Source of the DNA: a virus
Taxonomy: Duplodnaviria; Caudoviricetes
DNA: 53,402 nucleotides
Reading direction: 5' to 3' (one strand)
IMG/VR virus record: IMGVR_UViG_3300015264_000030
Span: 1 to 53,402 of that record
Of the stretch, positions 1 through 9,344 are shown piece after piece; the first letter of the stretch is position 1, and each line of letters begins with the position of its first letter. Below the pieces are notes generated by a model. The model was not told the origin of the DNA. It was given only the letters and a program-made list of their open reading frames with translations, and ran no database searches. Made by a program: the position numbers and the translations under genes.

Positions 1-66
1 AATTCAGTAGACTTGAAAAGATAATCTCGCGCGCAGTTCATTGATGGTTAGTACAGTTATTTCTCA

Positions 67-999
67 ATGAAGAAAATGATGGAGAGCACTATTTCAGACG
101 GAGAACAGTTGTCCCTTCTTTTACAGGGAGAAAAAGGTAAAAGATATATTCTTTCGATTGACCCTAACGCATCCAATTCTTCGACAGCGGATACTTTCGC
201 AATGACAGTCATTGAAATTGATGAGGATAAATTCAAGCAAGGCAAAGTGGGGGGAACTGTTGTTCACAACTATGCCAAGTTTGGTAAAGACTTGAAAGAC
301 AATGTTAAGTATTTGTTTTACCTTTGGACTAACTTCGATATTCACATGATTGTTATTGATTATGCTGGTTATCAGTTTATTGAATCAGCTAATGAAAATG
401 AACTTTTCAAAAAGGCTGGTGTTGAGTTTAAGATTTTGGAATTTCATGCTGAAAAAGATGGTTCGGAATTAGAAGTAGAATTGAAAAAAGCTCGAAGGGA
501 ATATAATCGTTCCATTCATAGAATTGTTTTTACACAATATTTTACAAGCGACTTCATCCGTAAGGGTAATGAATATTTACAAGGGTGCATTGATTACAAG
601 AAGATTTGGTTCGCAAGTAATATCAAGGCCGATGCCAATTCTTTCGACAGGGCAATTTCAGCAGACATTGATTTATCTCTTACTGGCGTTGAAGATATAT
701 CTCAAAAAGATGAAACAGACAGAGAAAAGAAAAGTGGTGGAATGACACAGTTGATTGACGACCAAGCTTTCCTCGTTAAACAACAGAAGTATCAATGCGC
801 CTCTATTGAGGTAAAAACAACGGCCAAAGGAACTCAAAGTTTTGATTTGCCTCAAGTAATGAAAAGAAACAACACTTCAACCAGAATGAGAAAGGACTCA
901 TATACCACTTTAATGTTGGGATGCTGGGCTTTGAAGCAGTATTTTGACTTGATGAATGTTCCGGAAGAAAGCAACACTTTCACACCGGAATTAGTATAA
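67..999 (+). CDS. terL: Terminase large subunit, C-terminal RNase H-like nuclease domain (5'-partial; reading frame disrupted near the window edge)
   Basis: Acidic RNase H-type motifs YILSIDPN, DTFAMTV, IVIDYAG and terminal RKDSYTTLMLG; lies upstream of the portal. The same frame upstream reads KR*SRAQFIDG*YSYFSMKKM, so the gene likely began before the window. Confidence 0.85.
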   Translation: MKKMMESTISDGEQLSLLLQGEKGKRYILSIDPNASNSSTADTFAMTVIEIDEDKFKQGKVGGTVVHNYAKFGKDLKDNVKYLFYLWTNFDIHMIVIDYAGYQFIESANENELFKKAGVEFKILEFHAEKDGSELEVELKKARREYNRSIHRIVFTQYFTSDFIRKGNEYLQGCIDYKKIWFASNIKADANSFDRAISADIDLSLTGVEDISQKDETDREKKSGGMTQLIDDQAFLVKQQKYQCASIEVKTTAKGTQSFDLPQVMKRNNTSTRMRKDSYTTLMLGCWALKQYFDLMNVPEESNTFTPELV

Positions 1000-1001
1000 A
1001 A

Positions 1002-1008
1002 GTGTAAT
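1002..1008 (+). promoter_or_regulatory. GTGTAAT candidate late-promoter motif
   Basis: AAAGTGTAATAG, 13 nt before ATG 1022; recurrent motif. Confidence 0.6.
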
Positions 1009-1021
1009 AGTCTAAAGGATT

Positions 1022-3289
1022 ATGGCATTTGATTCAACAATTAGGCTCAAGCAGATAAATCAAACAGAACTGGCTAGTTTTGTTTCTGGGTTATTCTCCT
1101 CATTTCCTTGGCCTAATATTTCTGGCAATCTTATTCCCTCTGGTTCGGGAGTCTATAACGTCGGTTCTTCTATTTTTCCTTATGCACAACTTTTTGCCAA
1201 CCAACTTAATTTAGCATCTGGTAGTGGAATAAATTTTGGTAATACATCTTTTAATGCCTATACTTCGGGTGGAAATGCTTATGTAAATGTTGGAGGAATA
1301 TCAATCACTTCAAGTGGGGATGCAATTTATATCCAAGGCCCAAGTGGTGTTGCAGGGCCAAGTGGAGCTACTGGTCACACAGGAGCTACTGGTGTTGGAG
1401 TTACGGGTATCAATTATGATACATCAAGCCATATTCTTACTTTCTATCTTTCCAACGGTAATTCAAGTGGATTTAATTTTCAGGGATTGAGTGGTTCCAC
1501 TGGTGTTTCTGTAACTGGGTTTTTTCAGAGCGGTAATTTTATTTTTCCTCAATTTGACCATCTTAAAGGAACTGGTTCTCCTATATCTTTAATAGCTGGC
1601 CCAATCGGGCCACCGGGTTCGATTGAATTAGATTTTCAACAAAGCGGAACTGGATATATCAATTCTCCTTATCTGCCGCTTAATACTTTTCCAAATCAAA
1701 CGATTATCAATCCTTATTACAGTGGTAATGTCGCGCCAGATATTACTTTTATGAGGGGTATGGCTTATACCATTGATTCAAGCGGACTCAATACTCATGC
1801 TTTGACAAGTGGTGATTTGCAGTCTCTTTCTGGCTTTTTCTCTGGACAAAATATTCCATTCCATGTTGGCGACCAGACGAATTATTACAAGGATTCTAAT
1901 AATACTGGATATTGGAGATTCGTATTTTTTCCAAGTGGAACCCCTACTGGTGTCTATTCAACTAGCCATGACCCCTACAATATTTTTCCTGCGGCGGAAG
2001 CTGAGACAACTAATTTTTCTGTATATGGAAATAAATTGATTAACAATCTTTATCGAACAAAAATTTCTTTCTCTACCAGTTTTGCTTCTCAGAATTTATA
2101 TCAATATGGATTTATTGTCTATTCTCTTGGTCAAGAAGACACAACAACTGATACCGTCCTTCCAGCTTCATCTACATCCACTGGTTATGCAGTTGTCTTG
2201 GGTAATGCGATATTTGCTTCTCAAGCTGGCCCTGCTGGTTTGCAGGGTATTCCCGGCCCATCAGGTCAGATTGGCCCAACTGGACAAATTGGCCCAACTG
2301 GTTTAAGAGGCAATGACGGTGCTGATGTTGTCGGCTATATCTATTCTGGAAGTGGTAGTGCCATCTATATTCAATTTCAATTAGCGAATGGAATTCAACA
2401 GCCTTGGATTCCCTTGCCTCAAGGTGGGCCATCTGGTTCAGTCGGGCCAGCAGGGAGTATTTCAAATCATTTTTCTGGAAATTTCAATACGGGATATGTT
2501 TATGGAAATGATATTATTGTTTTTTATGCTGGTTCTAGTTTTGTAAATACAGGTTCTAATGTAAGTGGAATTTATCCACCAAATTCTCCGTGGCAAATGC
2601 TTTGTCAGTCTGGTGCTATTGGAGTTACGGGGGCAACTGGAACAACAGGAGCGACTGGCCCTGCCGGTTCTTTATCAAATCATTTTTCAGGAGTATATTC
2701 TGGCATCTATGGTTATCCAACGAATACAGTAGTTACTTATTCTGGTTCGAGTTTCATAAATACGGGCGCGACGACTATTAGTGGAGTGGCTCCAACTGGT
2801 TCTCCTTGGCAGACTTTGGCATCTGGTTCAGTCGGGCCACAAGGTTTATCTGGTGTTCCCGGCCCACTTAGACCACAAAATTTTTTCAGTTTGGTTTATG
2901 GTAATGGAACAGGTTCAGCGAGTAGTTCTGTTCTTTTAGACCCTAATTTGTATGATATGTATTCCCTTCAAATTAGTTCCGGCATATCTGGAAACGCTGC
3001 CGGTGTGAATCCAGTGGCGGTCAATATTTCAGGCAATAATTTTGCAACAGGACAATCAATAATTATTAAAATTAGGAATATCAATGTTCCTCAAAACAAT
3101 GGAACTAGCTCTCAGTTGTTCAATTTACAATCAGTTAGTGTAAATGGTAGTGGTGTGAACATTAAATGGCCTGCAAATCAGTATTCATTTCCAAACAGCG
3201 GGTCAGCCAATATTTACACGATTTTGAGGTTTCCTGACGAAACGGGGTCAGCTTCCTTCTATGGAAACTACTCTAATCCGTATTTTTAA
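1022..3289 (+). CDS. Collagen-like virion fibre protein (head or tail fibre)
   Basis: Several G-X-Y runs (GPSGVAGPSGATGHTGATG; GPAGLQGIPGPSGQIGPTGQIGPTGLRG); two copies of a small module ending GSSF.NTG...P..SPWQ, resembling CBM5/12-type modules; N-terminus shared with ORF 15063. Confidence 0.75.
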   Translation: MAFDSTIRLKQINQTELASFVSGLFSSFPWPNISGNLIPSGSGVYNVGSSIFPYAQLFANQLNLASGSGINFGNTSFNAYTSGGNAYVNVGGISITSSGDAIYIQGPSGVAGPSGATGHTGATGVGVTGINYDTSSHILTFYLSNGNSSGFNFQGLSGSTGVSVTGFFQSGNFIFPQFDHLKGTGSPISLIAGPIGPPGSIELDFQQSGTGYINSPYLPLNTFPNQTIINPYYSGNVAPDITFMRGMAYTIDSSGLNTHALTSGDLQSLSGFFSGQNIPFHVGDQTNYYKDSNNTGYWRFVFFPSGTPTGVYSTSHDPYNIFPAAEAETTNFSVYGNKLINNLYRTKISFSTSFASQNLYQYGFIVYSLGQEDTTTDTVLPASSTSTGYAVVLGNAIFASQAGPAGLQGIPGPSGQIGPTGQIGPTGLRGNDGADVVGYIYSGSGSAIYIQFQLANGIQQPWIPLPQGGPSGSVGPAGSISNHFSGNFNTGYVYGNDIIVFYAGSSFVNTGSNVSGIYPPNSPWQMLCQSGAIGVTGATGTTGATGPAGSLSNHFSGVYSGIYGYPTNTVVTYSGSSFINTGATTISGVAPTGSPWQTLASGSVGPQGLSGVPGPLRPQNFFSLVYGNGTGSASSSVLLDPNLYDMYSLQISSGISGNAAGVNPVAVNISGNNFATGQSIIIKIRNINVPQNNGTSSQLFNLQSVSVNGSGVNIKWPANQYSFPNSGSANIYTILRFPDETGSASFYGNYSNPYF

Positions 3290-3301
3290 GTATAATAGTT
3301 T

Positions 3302-5422
3302 ATGAAAAAGAAGTCATCACAGAAGTTAAAGGCTTTACACCAGCTTGGGGCAACAGTTGGTGCGCCAAAGTCTCTGGAAGATAAGAAAGCAAATAAAAAA
3401 ACAGGTAAGAGCGCGTCTGGACTACCAGAAATGGTTTCAGAGGCATCTGAGCGTTCTTCAAATCAAACCAGCATGAGACGAGATGTTGCTGGTTCAATAG
3501 AAAGGACAGATAGATTTGCAAATATTGATAATGGACTTGTTCCTTTTCGTAATTCAAATGCCATCTATGGCCCAAGTGCTTCTGCCGTTGATATTCGTGA
3601 TGCGGTTATCCTTTGCCAAAAGTGTTATTGGAACTTTGCCCTATTCAGGAACATTATTGATTTAATGACTGAGTTTTCCATTGATGATATTCTTTGGAAA
3701 GGCGGAAATAAGCAATCAAGAGCTTTCTTTGGGGCCTTATTCAATAAAATTGGCATTTGGGATTTGCAGGATAAATTTTTCCGTGAATACTATCGTAGCG
3801 GAAATGTATTCATCTATCGTTTTGATGCCGATGTTAAGCCGAATGATGTTAAAAAAATCATTCAAACATTAGCTTCCAAAAATACCAGCGTAGGTAATCC
3901 AGTAATAGAACAAAATCAACCAATGGGTGCGCCAGAAAATCACATGGGTTATCCTACCGGTAATCCAAAAGATAAAACTGGAGACTTTAATCCATTGAAT
4001 CAGGATGGAGATATTAAGCTTGAAATTGAGCCAATGAAAATGCCCGCACGTTATATTATTCTTAACCCAGCAGACATAAATATGTTGGGGACTGCAAATT
4101 TCTCATACGGTATTTACTATAAAGTCTTGACTGAATATGAAGTCTCACGTTTGCGTAATCTACAAAGTGAAGAAGATATTGAAGTCTATAATTCGCTTCC
4201 AAAATTTACCCAAGACCAGATTAGGGCTGGTGTGCGTAGTGTTTATATTGCATTGGATACCAAGAAAGTGAAAATTGTTTTTTACAAAAAACAAGATTAC
4301 GAGCCTTTTGCTGTTCCGATGGGATACCCAGTTTTGGAGGATATTAACGCTAAAATTGAAATGCGTAGAATTGATATGGCTATTACAAGAACAATGCAAC
4401 AGATTGTTCTTCTTGTTACCTGTGGCGCTGAACCCGATAAAGGCGGTATTAACCAAAAGAACATTGATGCCCTAAAGAAAATTTTCCAGAATCAATCGGT
4501 AGGAAGGGTATTAGTCGCTGACTATACGACTAAAGCAGATTTTATTATTCCCAAAATTGGAGAACTACTTGACCCAAAGAAATATGAAATCATTGATAAA
4601 GATATTAACATCGGTTTGAACAATGTATTCTTGGGGGGTGAAAAGTTTGCCAACCAACAAAAGAAAGTCGAAATTTTTGTTAAGAGGCTCGAACAAGCTA
4701 AAAAGGCTTTCTTGGAAATTTTCCTTATTCCTGAAATAAAGAGAATCTCAAAATCTTTGAATTTCAAAAACTATCCAACTCCTTATTTTGACGAAAATCA
4801 ATTTAAGGATGATGTTTCGTATGCCAAAGTCTATACGCAACTCGTTTCGATGGGCGTCCTTACTCCCGAACAAGGAATTGAAGCCATACAAAATAATAGG
4901 CTTCCAGAAGCAGATGCAATGGAAACAGCACAAGAAGCATATAAGGAATCAAGAGGGAAGGGACTTTATGTTCCACTTATTCCGCCTCCAATGGCTAAAG
5001 GTGACGGCCCAAGTGGTGCGCCTGCTTCCTCTGGTCGTCCAGTAGGTTCAACCGGCCCACAAGGAACCAAGAAAATTACCCCAATGGGAGCCAAGGGTAG
5101 CGAAACGATGGAATTTAGCGTAACAAAGCTAAGAGATAATGTGCTTATTGCCCAAGAAGCCGAAAAAAGTATCGTATCTTTCCTCAAAAAGAAATACAAG
5201 GTAAGGAAGCTTAATGAATTGCAACAAAGCGTCGCATCTGAAATTTTAACGGTCATTGTAGCAAACGAAGAAAGCAATAATTGGACAAGTGTTGCAAAAG
5301 AATACTGCGAAAATCCAGTTGACAAGAACAAAGAACGCGTCAATAACGTATTAAAAGTGGGAGCAGAACATCAAGTTGATAATTATTTGGCTTCTTTATT
5401 ATTTGCTTCAACAAAAACTTAA
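3302..5422 (+). CDS. Portal protein
   Basis: 706 aa between terminase and protease; portal-like segments FRNIIDLMTEF, FFREYYRSGNVFIY, KKQDYEPFAVP, GVLTPEQG and a Pro/Gly-rich SSGRP tail. Confidence 0.85.
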   Translation: MKKKSSQKLKALHQLGATVGAPKSLEDKKANKKTGKSASGLPEMVSEASERSSNQTSMRRDVAGSIERTDRFANIDNGLVPFRNSNAIYGPSASAVDIRDAVILCQKCYWNFALFRNIIDLMTEFSIDDILWKGGNKQSRAFFGALFNKIGIWDLQDKFFREYYRSGNVFIYRFDADVKPNDVKKIIQTLASKNTSVGNPVIEQNQPMGAPENHMGYPTGNPKDKTGDFNPLNQDGDIKLEIEPMKMPARYIILNPADINMLGTANFSYGIYYKVLTEYEVSRLRNLQSEEDIEVYNSLPKFTQDQIRAGVRSVYIALDTKKVKIVFYKKQDYEPFAVPMGYPVLEDINAKIEMRRIDMAITRTMQQIVLLVTCGAEPDKGGINQKNIDALKKIFQNQSVGRVLVADYTTKADFIIPKIGELLDPKKYEIIDKDINIGLNNVFLGGEKFANQQKKVEIFVKRLEQAKKAFLEIFLIPEIKRISKSLNFKNYPTPYFDENQFKDDVSYAKVYTQLVSMGVLTPEQGIEAIQNNRLPEADAMETAQEAYKESRGKGLYVPLIPPPMAKGDGPSGAPASSGRPVGSTGPQGTKKITPMGAKGSETMEFSVTKLRDNVLIAQEAEKSIVSFLKKKYKVRKLNELQQSVASEILTVIVANEESNNWTSVAKEYCENPVDKNKERVNNVLKVGAEHQVDNYLASLLFASTKT

Positions 5423-5423
5423 T

Positions 5424-5990
5424 ATGTTAAATCGTAATAATTTAGGACAAGTAATCGCCGATGATTTATCGGGAAAAATATTTGGAAAATTAACTGCAAT
5501 AAAACGAGTAGAAAACAAGAACCAAAGACCGGCTTTTTTATGTAAGTGTTCTTGTGGCAATGAAAAAGTCGTAATGAGTCAATCTTTGAGAAATGGCACG
5601 GTAAAAAGTTGTGGATGCCTTTTGAAAAGACATGGGAAAAATCATTTTTCATGGGAAGGTTATGAAGAAATTTCATTGAGTTTTTTTTCTGTTATTGAAA
5701 AGGGGGCAAAAACAAGAAATTTGGCATTTGATATTTCTATTAAAGAAATTTGGCATTTATTTTTGTTCCAAAAAAGAAAATGCGCTTTATCTGGAATGGA
5801 TTTACGCTTTCAGAGTCAAAATAGCGAAAGAGACGGAACAGCATCATTAGACCGCATTGATTCTAGTAAGGGATATGCTCTTGATAATATCCAGTGGGTT
5901 CACAAAGACATAAATTGGTTAAAAAATAACTGGCCTCAATAAGAATTCATTGAATTATGCTCTAGGGTCGCCAATCATAACCGTAAATAA
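5424..5990 (+). pseudogene. HNH homing endonuclease with premature ochre codon at 5940-5942
   Basis: DLSGKIFGKLT..CKCSCG..KSCGC N-domain and CALSG..ASLDRIDSSKGY..NIQWVHKDIN catalytic domain. After TAA the frame continues EFIELCSRVANHNRK*, the usual C-terminal helix. Likely start is ATG 5424. Confidence 0.75.
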
Positions 5991-5996
5991 TATGTT

Positions 5997-6734
5997 ATGT
6001 CCTTCTCATCTTTTAGTTTCTTTAACTTTTATCAACAACCGAATACGGGGCATGAGCCTACGTCTTTGAATACTGGTATTGTTTTTTCTGGCAATGGTTC
6101 TTCTGGCACGGTTGCTGATTACAACTGGTATTTTCCCTATGTAACGACCAATATTCTTTACAACTCAATCCTTTCTCAAAGTCGTTTTGGATTTCATATT
6201 TGGGCTGACTCTTTTGGAGCCGTAGTTCCGGGTTTGCATTATGCCACAACATCCACTTCTTTATCTGGGAGTCTTGGGGCGAACAACGAATATATTTATT
6301 TTGCGGATAAACTTTATGGAACACTATATCCTCAAATGCACGAATTTGTGTCTTTCAAATCTTCATTTTCTGGTTTTCTTACTGGAACTCATTACGATTC
6401 TTTTTCAGAAAAAAATGTCACCAGCGGTAGATTCTCCGGCTTCAAATACGATACCGCTTATTTTTCAAATGCTTTTTCGGGGGATATTCGTTCATCAGCC
6501 GACCCGATGTATGTAAATTTTGTTATTTCTGGTATAATAAACAAAGTGTCACACGATGCTTTTTCGGGTCAACATTTGGTGAGCGGTAAATTTTGGCAAA
6601 CCAAAGATGACCTCTGTGAAATTGGATATTCTTTGATTGGATATTCCATTTCTTCTGGATTGTCGGTCGTTCCTATTACGCTTAATGATGTTGATGACAT
6701 TAGCTTTACGTTAATTGGATACCAAATCAACTAA
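5997..6734 (+). CDS. Hypothetical virion protein, SG/TG-rich
   Basis: 245-aa ORF in the head module, Phe/Ser/Gly-rich with repeated FSG. Confidence 0.6.
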   Translation: MSFSSFSFFNFYQQPNTGHEPTSLNTGIVFSGNGSSGTVADYNWYFPYVTTNILYNSILSQSRFGFHIWADSFGAVVPGLHYATTSTSLSGSLGANNEYIYFADKLYGTLYPQMHEFVSFKSSFSGFLTGTHYDSFSEKNVTSGRFSGFKYDTAYFSNAFSGDIRSSADPMYVNFVISGIINKVSHDAFSGQHLVSGKFWQTKDDLCEIGYSLIGYSISSGLSVVPITLNDVDDISFTLIGYQIN

Positions 6735-6740
6735 GTTTAA

Positions 6741-6747
6741 GTGTAAA
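6741..6747 (+). promoter_or_regulatory. GTGTAA(A) candidate late-promoter motif
   Basis: AAGTGTAAATTA, 10 nt before ATG 6758. Confidence 0.55.
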
Positions 6748-6757
6748 TTACATTACG

Positions 6758-9343
6758 ATGAAATCGAATATTCAATGTGGGTTAAAGGGTCAATATAAAG
6801 TTGACATTTTTAGTGGAAACAAATTGGTTGAAACTACGGACTGGTTTTCAAATGATATTACCAATACCGGAGTCCTTTATCCTTTCATTTATCCATTTGC
6901 TCGTTGTTTCATGTTTCTTTCATTAGGTCATGGACAATTTACAACTCAAGTTGATGGACTTCAAAGTTATACAGGATTTGAAAGTGGAGCGTCAGCTATT
7001 ACTGGATTCACAACAGATGATGGAAATACTCAAACTGGCACATACATGGGTTGGCCTTTTTATGCCTCTGGTTCGGTTGGAAGTTCGGCGTGCGGAACCC
7101 AATTCACTCCAAGTGGAGTTAATTTTTTTAGAGCTTGGAATATTCCAACAGGAAATGTCGCAATCGGTGGAACAGGACTTCAGATTGATTCATTCATGGT
7201 TTCTCCTTCAAGCGGTTCCGACCCTACTGGAAAATACGCATTTAGCTGTGTAAATCAATCTGTTTCGATAGCATCTGGATATAATGCGACAATCTATTAT
7301 ATGCTTTCATTGAATTTCAATGATTATGCACGAGCATTTGTTTATTTTCCTACTGGCGCAAGTGGTAATGGATATTTTAATACAGGAAATGCTAATATTG
7401 GTGGAATTGATACTACTCTTGTAAGTGGATGGGCGAATATCAGTGGTATTTATCGTCAATTATTTCCGGGTCTTCAATGTGTTGATAATAATGGTGCGTG
7501 TGTTGTCTCTGACCACGGTGCTATGTTGGAACCTAATATGGTAAATGCGTCAAACTTATATTTTTATCTTTCTCCTGACATTTCTAATTATGCTGTTTCA
7601 AAATATGATGGAACTGGATTGTTGACAGAAAGTGGAGCTTATAATTCTTATGGACTTTCTGCAAATTATTCTGAATATTCATCTTATATTTCGCTTTCTA
7701 ATCCAACAGCAGCTATTACAAATGTGAGTAATACTGTCACGATTACCGACCCCAATACTTTTTATTATTCTGGTGATGCGAACCCTTCTTCTTCTGTCGC
7801 CCAATCTTATTTGAATCCGCCGGTTCTTACTCAGACAAATAAAAATATTCATTTGTCTAATCTTCCAAACTTATCTGGCTATTCAGGAATTTTATCTAGT
7901 AGTTCGTTCAAATACAATCAAACAAATTTTGTCAATGCAACTGGTCAACCGATTGCTTATGCTTCTCCCGGTGGAAGCCTGTTTAGTTCCGTAATTCCTA
8001 ATTATGGTCAACCAGCGGTATTTTCAACATCTTTAAGAAGGGTTCCTCCTACTATTGTCACTGGCAGAACTCAAAAATCAACTAAATCATCAAGAATATC
8101 TCCTATTCAATCTTTGGGTTGGAACGCTCGTTATGGCTCTTTAGTTCTTGCAAATATAAATGGACTAACATCTCTTGAAACTGTTCAGGCGTTTCCTTAT
8201 ATGGAATATCTTTTCTTTGATAATTCTGGAAGGGGTGCCAATATGCCACACTATCGAATCATTCCAGAAATCTATATGGTTGATAGAGGAACTGGCGTTT
8301 CTCAAGTTGTATTCAGCATTACTGGTCAAGGTATTGATGGAAGTCCTTCAAGTCCGATTCAAAGAATTTGGAGCGCAACAGGATTCATGGGGCCATATTC
8401 GGGAACATCATCTGGATTAAATCCAAATTATCCTTGGACTGGACTTTTCACTGGAACCGGCCCAAGTTTCGGAAATCCTCCATTGCAGAGCGGTATTGTA
8501 TTTAGCGGCAATAATCCATCTTCAAACTTAACTGGAACTTTTAGTGGACTATATGGAAATGGTGCTGTTTATGGTATCATTGCTCCTAATTCTGGATTTT
8601 ACGGATTACCTTATGACACTTGTTTGCTTGATAATCCAGTTTGGAGTGGTTTTTCTGGAGATTTAGGTTTTGGTAGTTTGCCAAATCCAACCGGTGAAAC
8701 AGGATTACTTTGTTGGCCTTCACAGGGTTCAAAGATTGGTCTTTCTATTACTGGTATGCAATATTCAGGAGCTTGGTCTGGAACAAATGTTGTTTGTTCT
8801 TTTTCTGATTTCTCTGATATTCTTGTTGGCACAAGTGGATACCAATTTATTTCAGATATACTTTTCAGTGGAAATTCTATTATCAATACTTTAAGTGGAA
8901 GTGGAGTGATTACTTTTTCAGATGGAACTCATACTACTCAAATGAACTTTTTGAGTGGTTCTTCTAAACTGGTAACTGGTTATAATTTCAATTCAACATT
9001 CACTCGTGGTTCTGGACAAAGTTTTGCTCGTGCTATTATTTTGGCTATGACTGGAAATGCACTTGTATCTGGAAATTTGAGTGGCACAGCAGGCGCAATT
9101 TCAATTCCTAATGGTGCATTATCATTGCTACCTACTAATTTTAAGAAACCAATAGGAAGAATTCATCATCTTGAATATTTCACCGGAAGTGGATATAGAC
9201 TACTTCCTAATTATGCTTCTGGAAATAATAATTTTACTGGATTAGATGGCAATACATATTCGCCAGTTTTAGGCGGGGCATTTCCGGGTTTGAGTTCTCA
9301 AAATGGTATGCAAATTTACTTTGATTTTATTTGGTCGGCATAA
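6758..9343 (+). CDS. Large virion structural protein (paralog of 9345..11108)
   Basis: 861 aa; N-terminus LKGQYKVDIF..NDITNTG.LYP...FA.CF.FLSLG shared with the next gene; very SG/TG-rich. Confidence 0.65.
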   Translation: MKSNIQCGLKGQYKVDIFSGNKLVETTDWFSNDITNTGVLYPFIYPFARCFMFLSLGHGQFTTQVDGLQSYTGFESGASAITGFTTDDGNTQTGTYMGWPFYASGSVGSSACGTQFTPSGVNFFRAWNIPTGNVAIGGTGLQIDSFMVSPSSGSDPTGKYAFSCVNQSVSIASGYNATIYYMLSLNFNDYARAFVYFPTGASGNGYFNTGNANIGGIDTTLVSGWANISGIYRQLFPGLQCVDNNGACVVSDHGAMLEPNMVNASNLYFYLSPDISNYAVSKYDGTGLLTESGAYNSYGLSANYSEYSSYISLSNPTAAITNVSNTVTITDPNTFYYSGDANPSSSVAQSYLNPPVLTQTNKNIHLSNLPNLSGYSGILSSSSFKYNQTNFVNATGQPIAYASPGGSLFSSVIPNYGQPAVFSTSLRRVPPTIVTGRTQKSTKSSRISPIQSLGWNARYGSLVLANINGLTSLETVQAFPYMEYLFFDNSGRGANMPHYRIIPEIYMVDRGTGVSQVVFSITGQGIDGSPSSPIQRIWSATGFMGPYSGTSSGLNPNYPWTGLFTGTGPSFGNPPLQSGIVFSGNNPSSNLTGTFSGLYGNGAVYGIIAPNSGFYGLPYDTCLLDNPVWSGFSGDLGFGSLPNPTGETGLLCWPSQGSKIGLSITGMQYSGAWSGTNVVCSFSDFSDILVGTSGYQFISDILFSGNSIINTLSGSGVITFSDGTHTTQMNFLSGSSKLVTGYNFNSTFTRGSGQSFARAIILAMTGNALVSGNLSGTAGAISIPNGALSLLPTNFKKPIGRIHHLEYFTGSGYRLLPNYASGNNNFTGLDGNTYSPVLGGAFPGLSSQNGMQIYFDFIWSA

Positions 9344-9344
9344 T

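Noticed and set aside
1-5990. Stop-codon reassignment suggested by in-frame TAA/TAG
   Set aside because: TAA ends most genes, TAG (26767) and TGA (20284) also act as stops, and long ORFs are intact under the standard code.
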